Origin: an uncultured delta proteobacterium
Lineage (GTDB): Bacteria > Desulfobacterota > Desulfuromonadia > Geobacterales > Pseudopelobacteraceae
Assembly: GCA_963772835.1 (NCBI GenBank)
Contig: CAVYYZ010000015.1
Location: forward strand, 1-64,000
Direction of reading: 5' to 3'
DNA: 64,000 bases
Shown here: one piece after another, positions 35,409 through 47,191 of the stretch
Layout of the letters: each line of letters begins with the position of its first letter
Position numbering within the stretch: position 1 is the first letter of the stretch
The notes under the pieces: generated by a model
Databases searched by the model: none
The model's input: the letters and a program-made list of their open reading frames with translations, nothing else
Told to the model about the DNA's origin: nothing
Program-made: the position numbers and the translations under genes

Positions 35409-36014
35409 ATGACAACCGACATCAAAGCCCAGATCAAGGAATTCAGAATCGGCGAAAAGATCAGGGGTCTACGCCAGCAGAAGCGGCTGACTCTTCAGGA
35501 ACTGTCTGAACTGACGACCCTTTCCAAACCGCTGTTGTCACAGATCGAGAATCAGCAGGTCATACCGCCCCTGGCGACCCTGCTCAAGATTGCCAGGGGT
35601 CTCAAGGTTGATATCCATTTTTTCTTTGCCGATGTCGACAATAGCCAGAAGTATGTATTAACGAGACGTGAGGATGTGCGTGAGGATGAAAAGGTGCCGC
35701 GATCTTCTTCAAATGAAGTGGTACGCCCGTACGCCTATCACTCATTGGCCCAGGGTCTGCGGCACAAGCATATGGAGCCGTTTCTGGTAGAGTTCGAAAA
35801 CAAGAAGTGGGATGACACGCTTTTCTTCAAGCATGAGGGTGACGAAGAGTTCATTTACATCACGGCAGGAGAACTGGATTTTCATTACAACAACGAGGTG
35901 CTCCGCATGCGGACCGGGGACAGCATCTATTACGATTCCAGTCAGCCGCACGGCTGGGTTGCCGTCGGTGACGGCAATGCGCGTGCGGTGGCGGTGATGT
36001 ACACGAAGGAATAA
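35409..36014 (+). CDS. XRE HTH-cupin transcriptional regulator
   Basis: IGEKIRGLRQQKRLTLQELS HTH; cupin HEGDEEF...GDSIYYDSSQPH. Confidence 0.88.
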   Translation: MTTDIKAQIKEFRIGEKIRGLRQQKRLTLQELSELTTLSKPLLSQIENQQVIPPLATLLKIARGLKVDIHFFFADVDNSQKYVLTRREDVREDEKVPRSSSNEVVRPYAYHSLAQGLRHKHMEPFLVEFENKKWDDTLFFKHEGDEEFIYITAGELDFHYNNEVLRMRTGDSIYYDSSQPHGWVAVGDGNARAVAVMYTKE

Positions 36015-36048
36015 TCAGGAATTCATATCGGTGCTATGAGGGGGGAGT

Positions 36049-37308
36049 TTATTCTCCCCCTTTTTGCGTCATGCTCCACTCCCGAAGCGTCCGGACCCGC
36101 TCCACAGCCGGTGGGTGGGAATAGTAAAAGAATGCGTAGAAGGGGTGCGGGAACAGGTTGGAGAGGTTCTCGGCGGACATCTTGACAAGTCCCGAGGCCA
36201 GATCCTCCGGCCTCCCGGTCAGGTCGGCGGCAAAGCGGTCGGCCTCACGTTCATGACAGCGGGAGCGCCAGGCAGAAAAAGGGCCGAGCGGAAACAGTGC
36301 AAGTGACGCGACAAAACCGAGTACGACCATTCTGGCCGGCAGGGAAATATCTTCGGGCAGGCCGAGAAGCCCCGGCAGCCCCGGCCAGGTAAGCATCTTG
36401 AAGCCGATCCACGATCCTGCCAACGCCATGATCTCTGCCCAGAGCAGCCGTTTCCAGATATGCCCCTTTTTCCAGTGACCGATCTCGTGAGCCAGTACGG
36501 CAACAATCTCCCGATGACTCATCTGCGTGATAAGGGTGTCATACAGTACGATCCGCTTGACCCTGCCGATGCCCGTGAAATAGGCATTGGAGTGCCTGCT
36601 TCTTTTTGATGCATCCATCTGCTGCACTTTCCCTACCTTCAGCCCCGCCTTCTCCATCATGGCCCGGATGTCGTCCACCAACCCCTCTTCGGAGACCGGC
36701 TCATATGTATTGAACAGCGGCTCGATCACATAGGGGGAGATGAACATCATGAACAGGCCGAACAGTGCCATGAAACCCCACACCCAGAGCCACCACTGCT
36801 GCGGGCTCCAGTCGATCAGCCAGAAGACTGTGGTTATCAGGAAAACCAGCAGAACAGCGCCAATGGCCTGAGACTTGAGAAAATCTGTTATCCAGATACG
36901 GGGTGTCGTAGTGTTAAAGCCGTAACGCGTCTCGATACGAAACGTACCGTAGAGGTCAAAGGGGATGCCGATAAGCGTCGATACCCAGGTCAGCAGCAGG
37001 AAAAACAGGATGGCCGACACGATTGGCGAACTGCCCAGAGCACTGATATACCGGTCACAGACAGCAATCACCCCACCGAAGAGAAAGACAATCAGCAGAA
37101 CGTTGTCGAGGAGTGAGTCCCATAACCCCACACGGCTGGAGTCAAAGGTATAGGCGGAACTGCGTCGCAGTTTTTCCTCGCTTATTGAATCTTCAAAACC
37201 TTCCGGCACCGCGTCGCCATGTTGTTTAAGATACGTGAGGTTGATGTGGCGGAGCCAGTAGCTGAAGATGGTAATGGCGATGAAAATACAAAAAAGGGCG
37301 AACTTCAT
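36049..37308 (-). CDS. M48 (Ste24-like) membrane zinc metalloprotease
   Basis: NAYFTG, IVLYDTL, AHEIGH (HExxH), EREADRFA, YSHPP. Confidence 0.92.
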   Translation of the reverse strand: MKFALFCIFIAITIFSYWLRHINLTYLKQHGDAVPEGFEDSISEEKLRRSSAYTFDSSRVGLWDSLLDNVLLIVFLFGGVIAVCDRYISALGSSPIVSAILFFLLLTWVSTLIGIPFDLYGTFRIETRYGFNTTTPRIWITDFLKSQAIGAVLLVFLITTVFWLIDWSPQQWWLWVWGFMALFGLFMMFISPYVIEPLFNTYEPVSEEGLVDDIRAMMEKAGLKVGKVQQMDASKRSRHSNAYFTGIGRVKRIVLYDTLITQMSHREIVAVLAHEIGHWKKGHIWKRLLWAEIMALAGSWIGFKMLTWPGLPGLLGLPEDISLPARMVVLGFVASLALFPLGPFSAWRSRCHEREADRFAADLTGRPEDLASGLVKMSAENLSNLFPHPFYAFFYYSHPPAVERVRTLREWSMTQKGGE

Positions 37309-37383
37309 CTGGCAGGTGTCCTTGAAAAAAGAAGGGCGAAGCAATCTTCGCCCTCACGTGAATGATGTCTCTGATTTTTGCTA

Positions 37384-38037
37384 CTATATCATCTTTACCA
37401 CTTCCCTGACACACTTGTCGATCCCTTCAGCCACTTGCGAGATACGGTCGGCCAGCATATAGGCCGGAGATGTAACCAGTTTGTTCGCGGCATCAATGAC
37501 TAACTCAGTCACCCGACATTCCTGATGCTTTGCACCGGTCTTGTCTATCTCGGCGACGGTTCCCGGATCATTGCCGATTGTCACCGTCGGCGAAAATTCC
37601 CTGCCCAGCACAGCAGCAATAAGAGCAGGCGCGATGCAGACCGCCCCGATCGGCTTTTTAGCGGACGCCATATCCTTCAGCAGGTGGGCAACGTCGGGGT
37701 TTATGGAAGCAGCGGCACCCTTGAATGCAAAATCGCACAGGTTTTTAGCCGCTCCGAAACCACCCGGAAAAATTATGGCGTCAAGATCCGCGGCAGTGAC
37801 CTCCTTGATGTCGCGAATCATGCCACGGGCGATACGTGCCGATTCCACCAGCACATTCCTCTTTTCACCGGTTTCCTGTGATGTAAGATGATTTATGACC
37901 GACAGGTCAACATTCGGTGCCATGCAGATCGCCTCGCACCCCTGACGGTCTATCGCCAGCAGGGTAAGAACCGCCTCATGGATTTCACTGCCGTCATATA
38001 CGCCACAACCCGAGAGAACTACACCGATTTTTTTCAT
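37384..38037 (-). CDS. elbB: ElbB glyoxalase (DJ-1/PfpI family)
   Basis: LSGCGVYDGSEIHEAV, ESARIARG, PGGFGAAKNL, VCIAP. Confidence 0.92.
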   Translation of the reverse strand: MKKIGVVLSGCGVYDGSEIHEAVLTLLAIDRQGCEAICMAPNVDLSVINHLTSQETGEKRNVLVESARIARGMIRDIKEVTAADLDAIIFPGGFGAAKNLCDFAFKGAAASINPDVAHLLKDMASAKKPIGAVCIAPALIAAVLGREFSPTVTIGNDPGTVAEIDKTGAKHQECRVTELVIDAANKLVTSPAYMLADRISQVAEGIDKCVREVVKMI

Positions 38038-38121
38038 CGCCCTTCCTCCGCTTCGTTAAATTCTAAAGAAACCTCACGCGGAGTAATTGTGCCACAACTA
38101 TTGAAGAAGGCAAGTGGAAGA

Positions 38122-39330
38122 TTACCACACGTAGAGCGGGACCAGCACGGCGGCCAGGACACAGGCGGAGGGGAAAAAAAGGCTGTGGTATACCTTGGCA
38201 ATATCTGCCTGAAAATATTCGCAGGTGAGGACATAGCAGAGATGAACAGGGGAAAGCATTACTCCGGCAAAACCTGAACCGAATGCCAGTGCAACAAGCG
38301 CGGGAGAGGGGGCTGAAGTACCCATCAGCGGGAGCAGCAGTGGAAAGGTTATACCGATAAAGCCGACAGTCAAACCGGTCATGATACCGGCGATGAATGG
38401 TATCAGAAAAAGGAGCAGGTACACGGGCATACCTGATGCGGTGAAAAAACTGGAAATACCCCCCAGAGCACCGGTAGTCCTCAGCACCTCCTGGAAGATC
38501 ATGATGCCGATCACCAGAAAAAGAGCTTTTCCCGAAACACTTTCCCGCAGATTTTTTAAAATCATGACGGGAGTGTACCGGTGGACACCGTAGAGAACTA
38601 CAACCGCCCCCCCCAGAGCCAGTGAGGCATTAACCCTTAATAGTACCACCATCAGCAATGCCAGCATGATCGGAGAGATCATGATGAGGAAGGTCATAAA
38701 CTCCCGTTTTCGTCCTGCTGAAGATGGCGTGGTTTCCTGCCTGCCGATACCTCGAAAACAGAACAGCACCCCCCAGCCCATTACGGAAAGCGCAAAGGGA
38801 AGATTGGCGATAAACAGGGTCTGGGTCGAAAGGCCGGTGATGCCGGCCGCCAGAATTATACCGGGATAAAGCGGCGAGACATACTCCCAGATATGACGGT
38901 ACCAGTAGTTGATCAGCGCTTTCTGTTCCGCAGGGATTGAGGCCTCTCCGGCCGCTTCATTAACCATGGGTGCAGAGAAAACCGCACCGCCTGGCGACGG
39001 AAGCAAGCCGATCATCGCCGGCATCGCAGCCATAACAAAACGCCGATCGGGAATAGCGGTCGACAGAGAGCTGACCATGCGTTTAAGCATGCCGGTGGTG
39101 CGCAGGATATTTTCCATCACCATCGTCAGCATCAGGGTCAGGGTCATTTCAAGGGATTTCGGGGCAAAAACGGCGGCAACTGTCGCCTTGAGGAATTCAA
39201 GCGGCGGGGTCAGATAGATAATCCCGAGTACAACCGCTCCGATCGGCATGACAGCGGCCATCGAAACTTTTCGACGCAGAAGCACAACAATTAAAATCAG
39301 GACAGCGACGGTTTTTAGCAGATCGTTCAT
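38122..39330 (-). CDS. DUF401-family membrane protein
   Basis: IGLLPSPGGAVFSAP, NYWYRHIWEY, MLSPVHLC; highly hydrophobic. Confidence 0.8.
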   Translation of the reverse strand: MNDLLKTVAVLILIVVLLRRKVSMAAVMPIGAVVLGIIYLTPPLEFLKATVAAVFAPKSLEMTLTLMLTMVMENILRTTGMLKRMVSSLSTAIPDRRFVMAAMPAMIGLLPSPGGAVFSAPMVNEAAGEASIPAEQKALINYWYRHIWEYVSPLYPGIILAAGITGLSTQTLFIANLPFALSVMGWGVLFCFRGIGRQETTPSSAGRKREFMTFLIMISPIMLALLMVVLLRVNASLALGGAVVVLYGVHRYTPVMILKNLRESVSGKALFLVIGIMIFQEVLRTTGALGGISSFFTASGMPVYLLLFLIPFIAGIMTGLTVGFIGITFPLLLPLMGTSAPSPALVALAFGSGFAGVMLSPVHLCYVLTCEYFQADIAKVYHSLFFPSACVLAAVLVPLYVW

Positions 39331-39336
39331 TGCAGA

Positions 39337-39723
39337 TCAGACCGCCGCCGCTTTGCGATTAAGCGAGTTGAATACCATGTCAAGAACACTCTTCTGACGT
39401 GCCTCAAATTTATTCAGCACGGCCAGACAGGTCCCCATCGGGCATATATCGTGGAGAAAGTCGGCATCTCTACCGGAAAGAATTACAATCCGGTTTTTGT
39501 CCATACCCGCACTCACCGCAAATTTCAGGAGCTTGAGTCCATCCATTGCCGGCATTTCAAGGTCGATCAGCATCAGATCATAGACTCCAACCTTAATGGA
39601 GTGAAGTGCCGACACCGGATTGTTGCATATCTCAACCTCTAACAGCGGAAAACTGTCAGCAATATAAGCCCCCAGAAAACGGGTAAAGGCAGGATCGTCA
39701 TCTATTAACAGTATTCTTCCCAT
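39337..39723 (-). CDS. Single-domain response regulator
   Basis: LLIDDD, IDLEMPAMDG. Confidence 0.85.
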   Translation of the reverse strand: MGRILLIDDDPAFTRFLGAYIADSFPLLEVEICNNPVSALHSIKVGVYDLMLIDLEMPAMDGLKLLKFAVSAGMDKNRIVILSGRDADFLHDICPMGTCLAVLNKFEARQKSVLDMVFNSLNRKAAAV

Positions 39724-39840
39724 ATGATGTGACTATAGCGTATTCAGCGGGGCGGGGAAATAAAAATGATCTCAATGAGGACTCTTTCAAATTTCACATT
39801 ACTGATGGGTGCTTTATTGTATTGCATCTCCTTACTCCGG

Positions 39841-40782
39841 CTATTTGCAGAATTGCGCCTGACTATCCGTATCGGTGGGCCGTTTTACCTCCGAACAAGC
39901 GTCCTGGAGAACCGGTTCTGCCGGGCGCCCAACCAAAGGCGCAGCAACATGGCTGTCTTCGGCAGGCGGCACTGATCCCACCGGTATGACACTCTTCTTC
40001 CGATCATTAAGTTGCCCGGCAGAACCCTTCTTTCCTGAGGTCCGCATAGCCTTTGCTGCTCTGTCCGTGCCACTGGGCTCTTCAGTTGGTACGCTACCGG
40101 TTATGTTTGTTTTGTCCGCTTTCCGTTTATCCGCTGGATTGACACCCAGTAATTTTAAAAGATTCTCCGACGACATACTCCCGGCGTACCGCTTGCCGTT
40201 AATGAAGAATGTCGGTGTACCTTCGATTTTCAACTTCAATCCACCCGAGTGCTGGTTTGCAACAACCGCCTGGTATTTTCCCGAAACCAGGCAGCTGTTG
40301 AAGGCATCGACGTCTAGCCCGAGACCTCCGGCGATTGTTCTGAACGCAGGTTCGGTCAGTTCACTCTTGAAATTGAAAACGGCGTCACTGTATTCCCAGA
40401 ACTGCCCCTGTTCACCTGCACATTCGGCAGCTTCAGCAGCTTTTGCAGCAAGAGGGTGTCCGGGCAGGGGAAAATGCCGGAACACCCAACGGATGTCATC
40501 CGTTTCTTTCATTGCCGACCGCATAGCTTCGTGAAAACCGGCACAATAGGGGCACTGCAAATCAGCGTATTCTATGATCGTATACTTTGCATCGGCTTTT
40601 CCAAGCAGATGGTCTCCAGATTGAATCTTTGGGGCGGAAATGAACGCGTATCTGATTTTCTGTATTATACCCGGGTATCTTAATTTCACGACCAGGATGC
40701 AATTGGTAACTACGCTGATGACAAGCATAACCAGGAGAAATCTGACGCTAAACCTGTTTGGCTGATTGTCCGGCCGAATCAT
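39841..40782 (-). CDS. Membrane-anchored DsbA-family thiol-disulfide oxidoreductase with a long low-complexity C-terminal tail
   Basis: EYADLQCPYC, FRHFPL, AAECAGEQG, EGTPTF; AAGGGAG RBS before MIRPDN. Confidence 0.88.
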   Translation of the reverse strand: MIRPDNQPNRFSVRFLLVMLVISVVTNCILVVKLRYPGIIQKIRYAFISAPKIQSGDHLLGKADAKYTIIEYADLQCPYCAGFHEAMRSAMKETDDIRWVFRHFPLPGHPLAAKAAEAAECAGEQGQFWEYSDAVFNFKSELTEPAFRTIAGGLGLDVDAFNSCLVSGKYQAVVANQHSGGLKLKIEGTPTFFINGKRYAGSMSSENLLKLLGVNPADKRKADKTNITGSVPTEEPSGTDRAAKAMRTSGKKGSAGQLNDRKKSVIPVGSVPPAEDSHVAAPLVGRPAEPVLQDACSEVKRPTDTDSQAQFCK

Positions 40783-40869
40783 TAGTACTCCCTTACTGAT
40801 GGATATAATGCCGTCCGGCATAACTCAGAGCAGCAGTATATCAGACCGCTCCTGCCCTCCCGCTGGTCG

Positions 40870-41112
40870 CTAAAAACAGGTACTGTCTACAATCCCGGCC
40901 GAGCAGGACGAATCGGCAGAACAGGTCCCGCTTGAACAGTGGTATGGAAATCCAACGGGACAACATTTTTTTACAGCGCTGCACAGTAAATAAAAATTTG
41001 GGCATTTAAATTCGCCCGCCCCGCAGGCCGATATAAAAAGCCCGCACACGACAAAAACAATAATGAACTGTGCTCTCATTTTGCCGAACGATGTTACAAT
41101 CATTGTTGTCAT
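40870..41112 (-). CDS. Small cysteine-rich putative lipoprotein (80 aa)
   Basis: GGGGGA RBS, basic plus hydrophobic signal, lipobox-like ISAC, then 8 Cys in 50 aa. Confidence 0.65.
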   Translation of the reverse strand: MTTMIVTSFGKMRAQFIIVFVVCGLFISACGAGEFKCPNFYLLCSAVKKCCPVGFPYHCSSGTCSADSSCSAGIVDSTCF

Positions 41113-41863
41113 ACCTGTATCCCCCTTTCGGATATTTTTTGCCGTCTGACGAAAAACGTACCGAATGTTCAATCCCGTTGGCGGCGGCGAAACTAAATCA
41201 GTGACTATATTATCAGTCACCCAATGGCAGTGCTGTAATTCCCCCGTAACGTGCGAGGCAATGCCCACAGCCGGGCTTTTTTCTTTGATCAACGGATATA
41301 ATATCGTTCAAATACGCAATAAATTGTGTTGTAGAAGTGCGACTGGTGATCGTAATTAAAACTCCCTCAACACGTCACCGGACAGGTTGCAGTGCGAGGC
41401 GATCAATATCTTGAAGAGGGAACAGCTCATGCGGGAAGGACAGAATGGCAGTTTCAACCGAACAGCACCACTCTATTATTTTGTACCCTCTCAATTTATG
41501 CAGAAATCATCTATAACACCGTATACAACAGTTTTTTCCCAAGTCAAGATTATTTTTACGTCGTTATATGATTAACCGGTTGCTTGAATCAATTTGCGTG
41601 TACGCACGAGACCGGTGTTCAATAAAGACCCCCGAAATATCGACCACATGGAAAATCGTCGAAATTTGTTCTTGCCCGGTTGAGCCATATGCCATGACCG
41701 CCGCTGTTCATTGCTCTCATCCGGATAGATGCAAGACCGGGCATTATCTCTGTTTCAGTCTGTTGCCGGCCTGCTCGCAGATTATATCCGGATCTGATGC
41801 AATGAAGTGGGTCTATCGGCACCGTTGTAAGAAGGCCGTGAGAATGCAGATTGTGCTTTTAGT

Positions 41864-41893
41864 TTGACAAAACCGTGTGGTGAAAATTATTAT
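41864..41893 (+). promoter_or_regulatory. Sigma70-like promoter for leuB-asd
   Basis: TTGACA-N18-TATTAT. Confidence 0.5.
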
Positions 41894-41932
41894 TACAGGG
41901 TTAAGATTCTGAAGTGAATTTTCGGGGGAATT

Positions 41933-43021
<1,089 letters not shown>

Positions 43022-43047
43022 AACTCACTACTAATCAGAAAAGGAAT

Positions 43048-44154
43048 ATGACAATGAAAGTAGGAATCGTTGGATGGCGCGGGATGGTTGGTTCGGTCCT
43101 CATGCAGCGTATGCAGGAGGAAAACGATTTTTCACTCGGCTTTGAACCGGTTTTTTTCACAACGTCCCAGACAGGACAGCCGGCACCGATGAACGCAGGC
43201 ACACTGAAGGACGCCTCGGACATCGCCGAGCTTAAGAAACTGGACGTAATTCTCACCTGTCAGGGGGGCGATTACACCAAGGCGGTTCACCCTGAACTGC
43301 GCAGACAGGGATGGAACGGCTACTGGATCGATGCCGCCAGTACCCTGAGGATGGAATCAAATGCCGTCATAATCCTCGATCCGGTCAATCGTGGCGTGAT
43401 TGATGCCGCACTGGCAAACGGAGAGAAGGATTTCATCGGCGGCAACTGCACCGTCAGCCTGATGCTGATGGCGTTGGGCGGACTGTTCCGCGCCGGAGTG
43501 GTGGAGTGGATCAGCTCCATGACCTATCAGGCGGCCTCCGGTGCAGGTGCCCCCAATATGCGTGAACTGCTGGCGCAGATGGGCACCTTGAACGGAGTTG
43601 TCGCTGAAGAGCTGAAGAACCCCGGTTCTGCAATTCTGGAGATCGACAGGAAGGTTACCGCCACTCTGCGTGACGGCTCAATGCCGACTAAAGAGTTCGG
43701 CTTCCCGCTGGCCGGAAATGTGCTCCCCTGGATCGACCGCGAAGTTGAGGACGGTCAGAGCCGTGAGGAATGGAAAGGGTTTGCAGAGACCAACAAGATT
43801 CTTGGTACCGAGACTCCGATCCCGGTAGACGGCCTCTGTGTTCGCGTCGGTGCCATGCGCTGCCATAGCCAGGCTTTGACGATCAGACTGAACAAGGATC
43901 TGCCGATTGCCGAAATTGAAAACCTGATCAAGAACGATAACCAGTGGGTCACGTTGATCCCTAATAACAAGGCCGATTCACTGGCGGGGCTAACCCCTGC
44001 AGCGGTCTCGGGCACCCTGACTGTGCCGATCGGACGTGTTCGCAAGATGAAAATGGGTCCTCAATACGTGTCCGCCTTCACCTGTGGCGATCAGCTCCTG
44101 TGGGGAGCAGCGGAACCACTCAGAAGAATGCTGCGCATTCTGCTTGAAAAGTAA
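43048..44154 (+). CDS. asd: Aspartate-semialdehyde dehydrogenase
   Basis: [46 protein letters not shown]. Confidence 0.97.
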   Translation: MTMKVGIVGWRGMVGSVLMQRMQEENDFSLGFEPVFFTTSQTGQPAPMNAGTLKDASDIAELKKLDVILTCQGGDYTKAVHPELRRQGWNGYWIDAASTLRMESNAVIILDPVNRGVIDAALANGEKDFIGGNCTVSLMLMALGGLFRAGVVEWISSMTYQAASGAGAPNMRELLAQMGTLNGVVAEELKNPGSAILEIDRKVTATLRDGSMPTKEFGFPLAGNVLPWIDREVEDGQSREEWKGFAETNKILGTETPIPVDGLCVRVGAMRCHSQALTIRLNKDLPIAEIENLIKNDNQWVTLIPNNKADSLAGLTPAAVSGTLTVPIGRVRKMKMGPQYVSAFTCGDQLLWGAAEPLRRMLRILLEK

Positions 44155-44185
44155 CCGTGATTTACTGAATTTATTGTATGGAGTT

Positions 44186-44213
44186 AGCGCCCCGTTCGGG
44201 GCGCTTTCTATTT
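44186..44213 (+). terminator. Intrinsic terminator after asd
   Basis: AGCGCCCC-GTTC-GGGGCGCT followed by TTCTATTT. Confidence 0.75.
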
Positions 44214-44224
44214 GAGGTAACCTG

Positions 44225-46636
44225 ATGAAAGAACCGCACGTTAAACCGGAACTCCTTGCCCCTGCCGGCTCACTTGAATCCTTCTTCGCCGCCATTGAGA
44301 AAGGAGCCGATGCCGTGTATGCAGGTCTGCAGGATTTTTCGGCCCGCGCCCGCGCCAAAAACTTCACCCTGGCACAAATGGAGCGCATGCTTTCCTACGC
44401 CCATGGGCAGAACCGGCGCATGTACATCACCCTCAACACCCTTGTTAAAGAGAAAGAGCTGCCGCAGCTGGTTGATACGCTGGCGGCTCTGGCGGGGATG
44501 CGGGTCGATGGTGTCATTTTGCAGGATCTCGCGGTGGCACGACTGATTCGAAACCACTTCCCCTCGATTCCGCTGCATGCTTCAACACAGATGACAATTC
44601 ACAACACGCCGGGCGTCAGAATGCTTGAGGAGCTTGGTTTCCAGCGAGCCGTTCTGGCGCGCGAGCTGGCGGTCGATGAAATTGCCGTCATAGCCGCTGC
44701 TACGCCGGTTGAGATCGAATGTTTCGTCCATGGTGCACTCTGTTTTTCTATCTCCGGGCAATGTTTTTTCTCTTCACTGCTTGGTGGTCACAGCGGCAAT
44801 CGCGGCCGTTGCGCCCAGCCATGCCGGCGCCTGTACAACCATCGCGGCAAGGAAGGGCATTACTTCTCCACGAGCGACCTGTCTGCAATAGATATGATCC
44901 CGGATCTGGTCAAAGCCGGGGTAACGTCACTCAAGATTGAGGGGAGGATGAAATCCGCCGAGTATGTCGCCTCTGTCGTCGAGGCGTACCGCACCGTGCT
45001 GGATGCCCCGGAAAAGTCCCTCAAGGAGGCGTTGATGACGGCCAAGGGGATCTTGAAATATTCTTTCGGCCGCACTCCGACCAAGGGGTTTCTGGCGTCA
45101 CAGCAGCCCGATGATATCGCCAACCCGTGGCAGAAGGGTGGCACCGGGCGCTATATCGGCCAGATAAAAAGCATCAAAGTAAAGATTCTGACTTTTGATA
45201 CCAGGGATGCTCTTTTCGTGGGAGACCGTTTGCGGGCACAACCAAAAAGCGACATGGCCGGTCAGGCCTGGACGCTGCGCGAGATGACTGTCAATCGGAA
45301 GAAGACCATGGAAGCTCCGGCGGGAAGCACGGTTGAGGTCGAGACACCCTTCAGCTTCTCGATCGGAGATTCGATCTATAAGGTCTCCTCCCGGGAGGCG
45401 TATACCTTGAGTGACAATGCCTGTCTGCGCAGGCTGGAAGGCGGGCAGGAAGACCGGCTCCCCTGCCGTCTCAAACTGAAATTGACCCCTTCCCCTTTGA
45501 CTGATTCTCCGGAGGCCAAAGATACGGGAGTTGTTCTCCACATCTCTGCCGAAGTCGGCGGATCGAGCCATGAGTTCAGCTTCCCGCTCGGCCAGCTGGA
45601 CCCGGCCCGCAGTGGCGACATGCAGGCGGTTCTGACCGGACAGTTTTCGAAATGCGGCGATACACCGTTCAAACTTGAGTCGTTGGAGGCGCGCGATTTT
45701 CCCGCCGTGCTGATTCCTTCGGCCTTGTTCAAGGATCTGCGCCGCCGTTTTTATCAGCAGTTATCCGAAGCATCTTCGTCAGTTCTCCGCGAACAGATTT
45801 CAACCGCCCGCCGGGAGGCCCTTCGGGAATTGGATAGTGTAAGAAATTTCCCTCAGCGGTCTGTACCCCAGGAGACATTGACAATTGTCGTAAATGAACC
45901 GAAAGAGTGGCGTTTTCCGCTTCAAAACGGTGCCGACGCAACATTGCTGCCACTTTCAAAAGCAGCGATACACCAGATTTCAACGGTAGTTCCACGTATG
46001 CGGGGTTCGGAGGAACAGATAATCTGGCAGTTCCCCTTCATACTCTTTGATCGCGACGTGCCACTGTATCGTGACGCACTTCGCAGCTTGTACAGAGCCG
46101 GTTTCCGCCGTTTCGAGGCGGCCAACCTGTCGCATTTTGAACTGCTGCGTGGACTTGAGGATCTTCATATTTCGACCTGGCACCGCTGTTTTTCGCTCAA
46201 CAGTCAGGCTCTGGCTGCCTGGCGGGACCTCGGCGCCGAAGCGGCAACTCTCTATCTGGAGGACGATAGTGCCAATCTTGCCGGGTTGCTGACGGCCGGA
46301 GTTGACATCGAAAAACGACTGCTGGTCTATTCACCCCTGCCGGTTATGACAACCAAGATCCACATCAAAGACGTGCATGCCAATACTCCGCTTCGTTCAG
46401 ACCGAGGGGAGACCTATCGTGTCACAACCCATGACGGTCTTCAGACAATCAGCTCAGCCATGCCGTTTTCGCTGACTTCCCGGCACGCTGAATTACGCCA
46501 GAAAAGGTGCAGCTCATTTGTGATGGATCTGAGTGAAGAACCACGCGAGAGATGGGGTGAAATCATATCCGCGTTCAAATCAGGTCGGGAACTGACCGGA
46601 ACCACCGAATTCAATTACGCCGGGGAACTGATCTGA
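44225..46636 (+). CDS. Peptidase U32-family Fe-S protein (RlhA-like rRNA hydroxylase)
   Basis: PELLAPAG, HASTQ, HGALC...GQC...NRGRCAQPCR, LKIEGRMK; long C-terminal extension. Confidence 0.85.
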   Translation: MKEPHVKPELLAPAGSLESFFAAIEKGADAVYAGLQDFSARARAKNFTLAQMERMLSYAHGQNRRMYITLNTLVKEKELPQLVDTLAALAGMRVDGVILQDLAVARLIRNHFPSIPLHASTQMTIHNTPGVRMLEELGFQRAVLARELAVDEIAVIAAATPVEIECFVHGALCFSISGQCFFSSLLGGHSGNRGRCAQPCRRLYNHRGKEGHYFSTSDLSAIDMIPDLVKAGVTSLKIEGRMKSAEYVASVVEAYRTVLDAPEKSLKEALMTAKGILKYSFGRTPTKGFLASQQPDDIANPWQKGGTGRYIGQIKSIKVKILTFDTRDALFVGDRLRAQPKSDMAGQAWTLREMTVNRKKTMEAPAGSTVEVETPFSFSIGDSIYKVSSREAYTLSDNACLRRLEGGQEDRLPCRLKLKLTPSPLTDSPEAKDTGVVLHISAEVGGSSHEFSFPLGQLDPARSGDMQAVLTGQFSKCGDTPFKLESLEARDFPAVLIPSALFKDLRRRFYQQLSEASSSVLREQISTARREALRELDSVRNFPQRSVPQETLTIVVNEPKEWRFPLQNGADATLLPLSKAAIHQISTVVPRMRGSEEQIIWQFPFILFDRDVPLYRDALRSLYRAGFRRFEAANLSHFELLRGLEDLHISTWHRCFSLNSQALAAWRDLGAEAATLYLEDDSANLAGLLTAGVDIEKRLLVYSPLPVMTTKIHIKDVHANTPLRSDRGETYRVTTHDGLQTISSAMPFSLTSRHAELRQKRCSSFVMDLSEEPRERWGEIISAFKSGRELTGTTEFNYAGELI

Positions 46637-47164
46637 ATGAGGATCGGCCTTATAATAATTCTGCAGATTCTGCTTCTGTCAGGTGTCGCCGGCGCCGGCA
46701 AAGAAGTTCAGGGCACGGTGATCGCTGTCTATGATGGAGATACCGTGTTGCTGACAACCCGCGGGGAGAGTCGCCTGAAAGCGCGGCTTTACGGCATCGA
46801 CGCCCCCGAGACGAAGAAACCTGACAACCCGGGGCAGCGTTTCGGCGATATATCGAAGCGGACGCTGATGCACAAGATCATGGGGAGGCGGGTCACTGCA
46901 GAAATTATAGACGTTGATCAGTACAAACGTGCTGTAGTGGTCATCCGGTACGAGGGTCGGGACATCAATCAGGAGATGGTGGCAGAGGGTATGGCGTGGG
47001 CCTACCGGCATTATCTGCAGGGGGCATATGCTTCCGAGTATATCGGAGCCGAAAGTCTGGCCCGTTCCCGTCATGCAGGGCTCTGGGCAGAGTCGAACCC
47101 GCAGCCCCCATGGGAGTTCAGAAACAGATTGAAAAGGGGAGGGGCCCGTTCACATCGCTGGTGA
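46637..47164 (+). CDS. Thermonuclease (SNase) family secreted nuclease
   Basis: Signal peptide, VYDGDT, RLYGIDAPE, DQYKR, GMAWAY, GLW. Confidence 0.9.
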   Translation: MRIGLIIILQILLLSGVAGAGKEVQGTVIAVYDGDTVLLTTRGESRLKARLYGIDAPETKKPDNPGQRFGDISKRTLMHKIMGRRVTAEIIDVDQYKRAVVVIRYEGRDINQEMVAEGMAWAYRHYLQGAYASEYIGAESLARSRHAGLWAESNPQPPWEFRNRLKRGGARSHRW

Positions 47165-47191
47165 CTACAGGTGATAGGAAGTACATCTACA

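Noticed and set aside
41113..41340. GEMM-I (c-di-GMP/cGAMP) riboswitch upstream of the Cys-rich peptide
   Set aside because: GGCAAA and GAAA are present, but the GACGCAAAGC junction and second stem are missing.
41340..41860. ORFs or ncRNA in the long spacer before leuB
   Set aside because: Short ORFs lack an RBS or motifs; only a modest TGCCCGGT/ACCGGGCA inverted pair is seen, and no leader peptide or known RNA family is recognisable.
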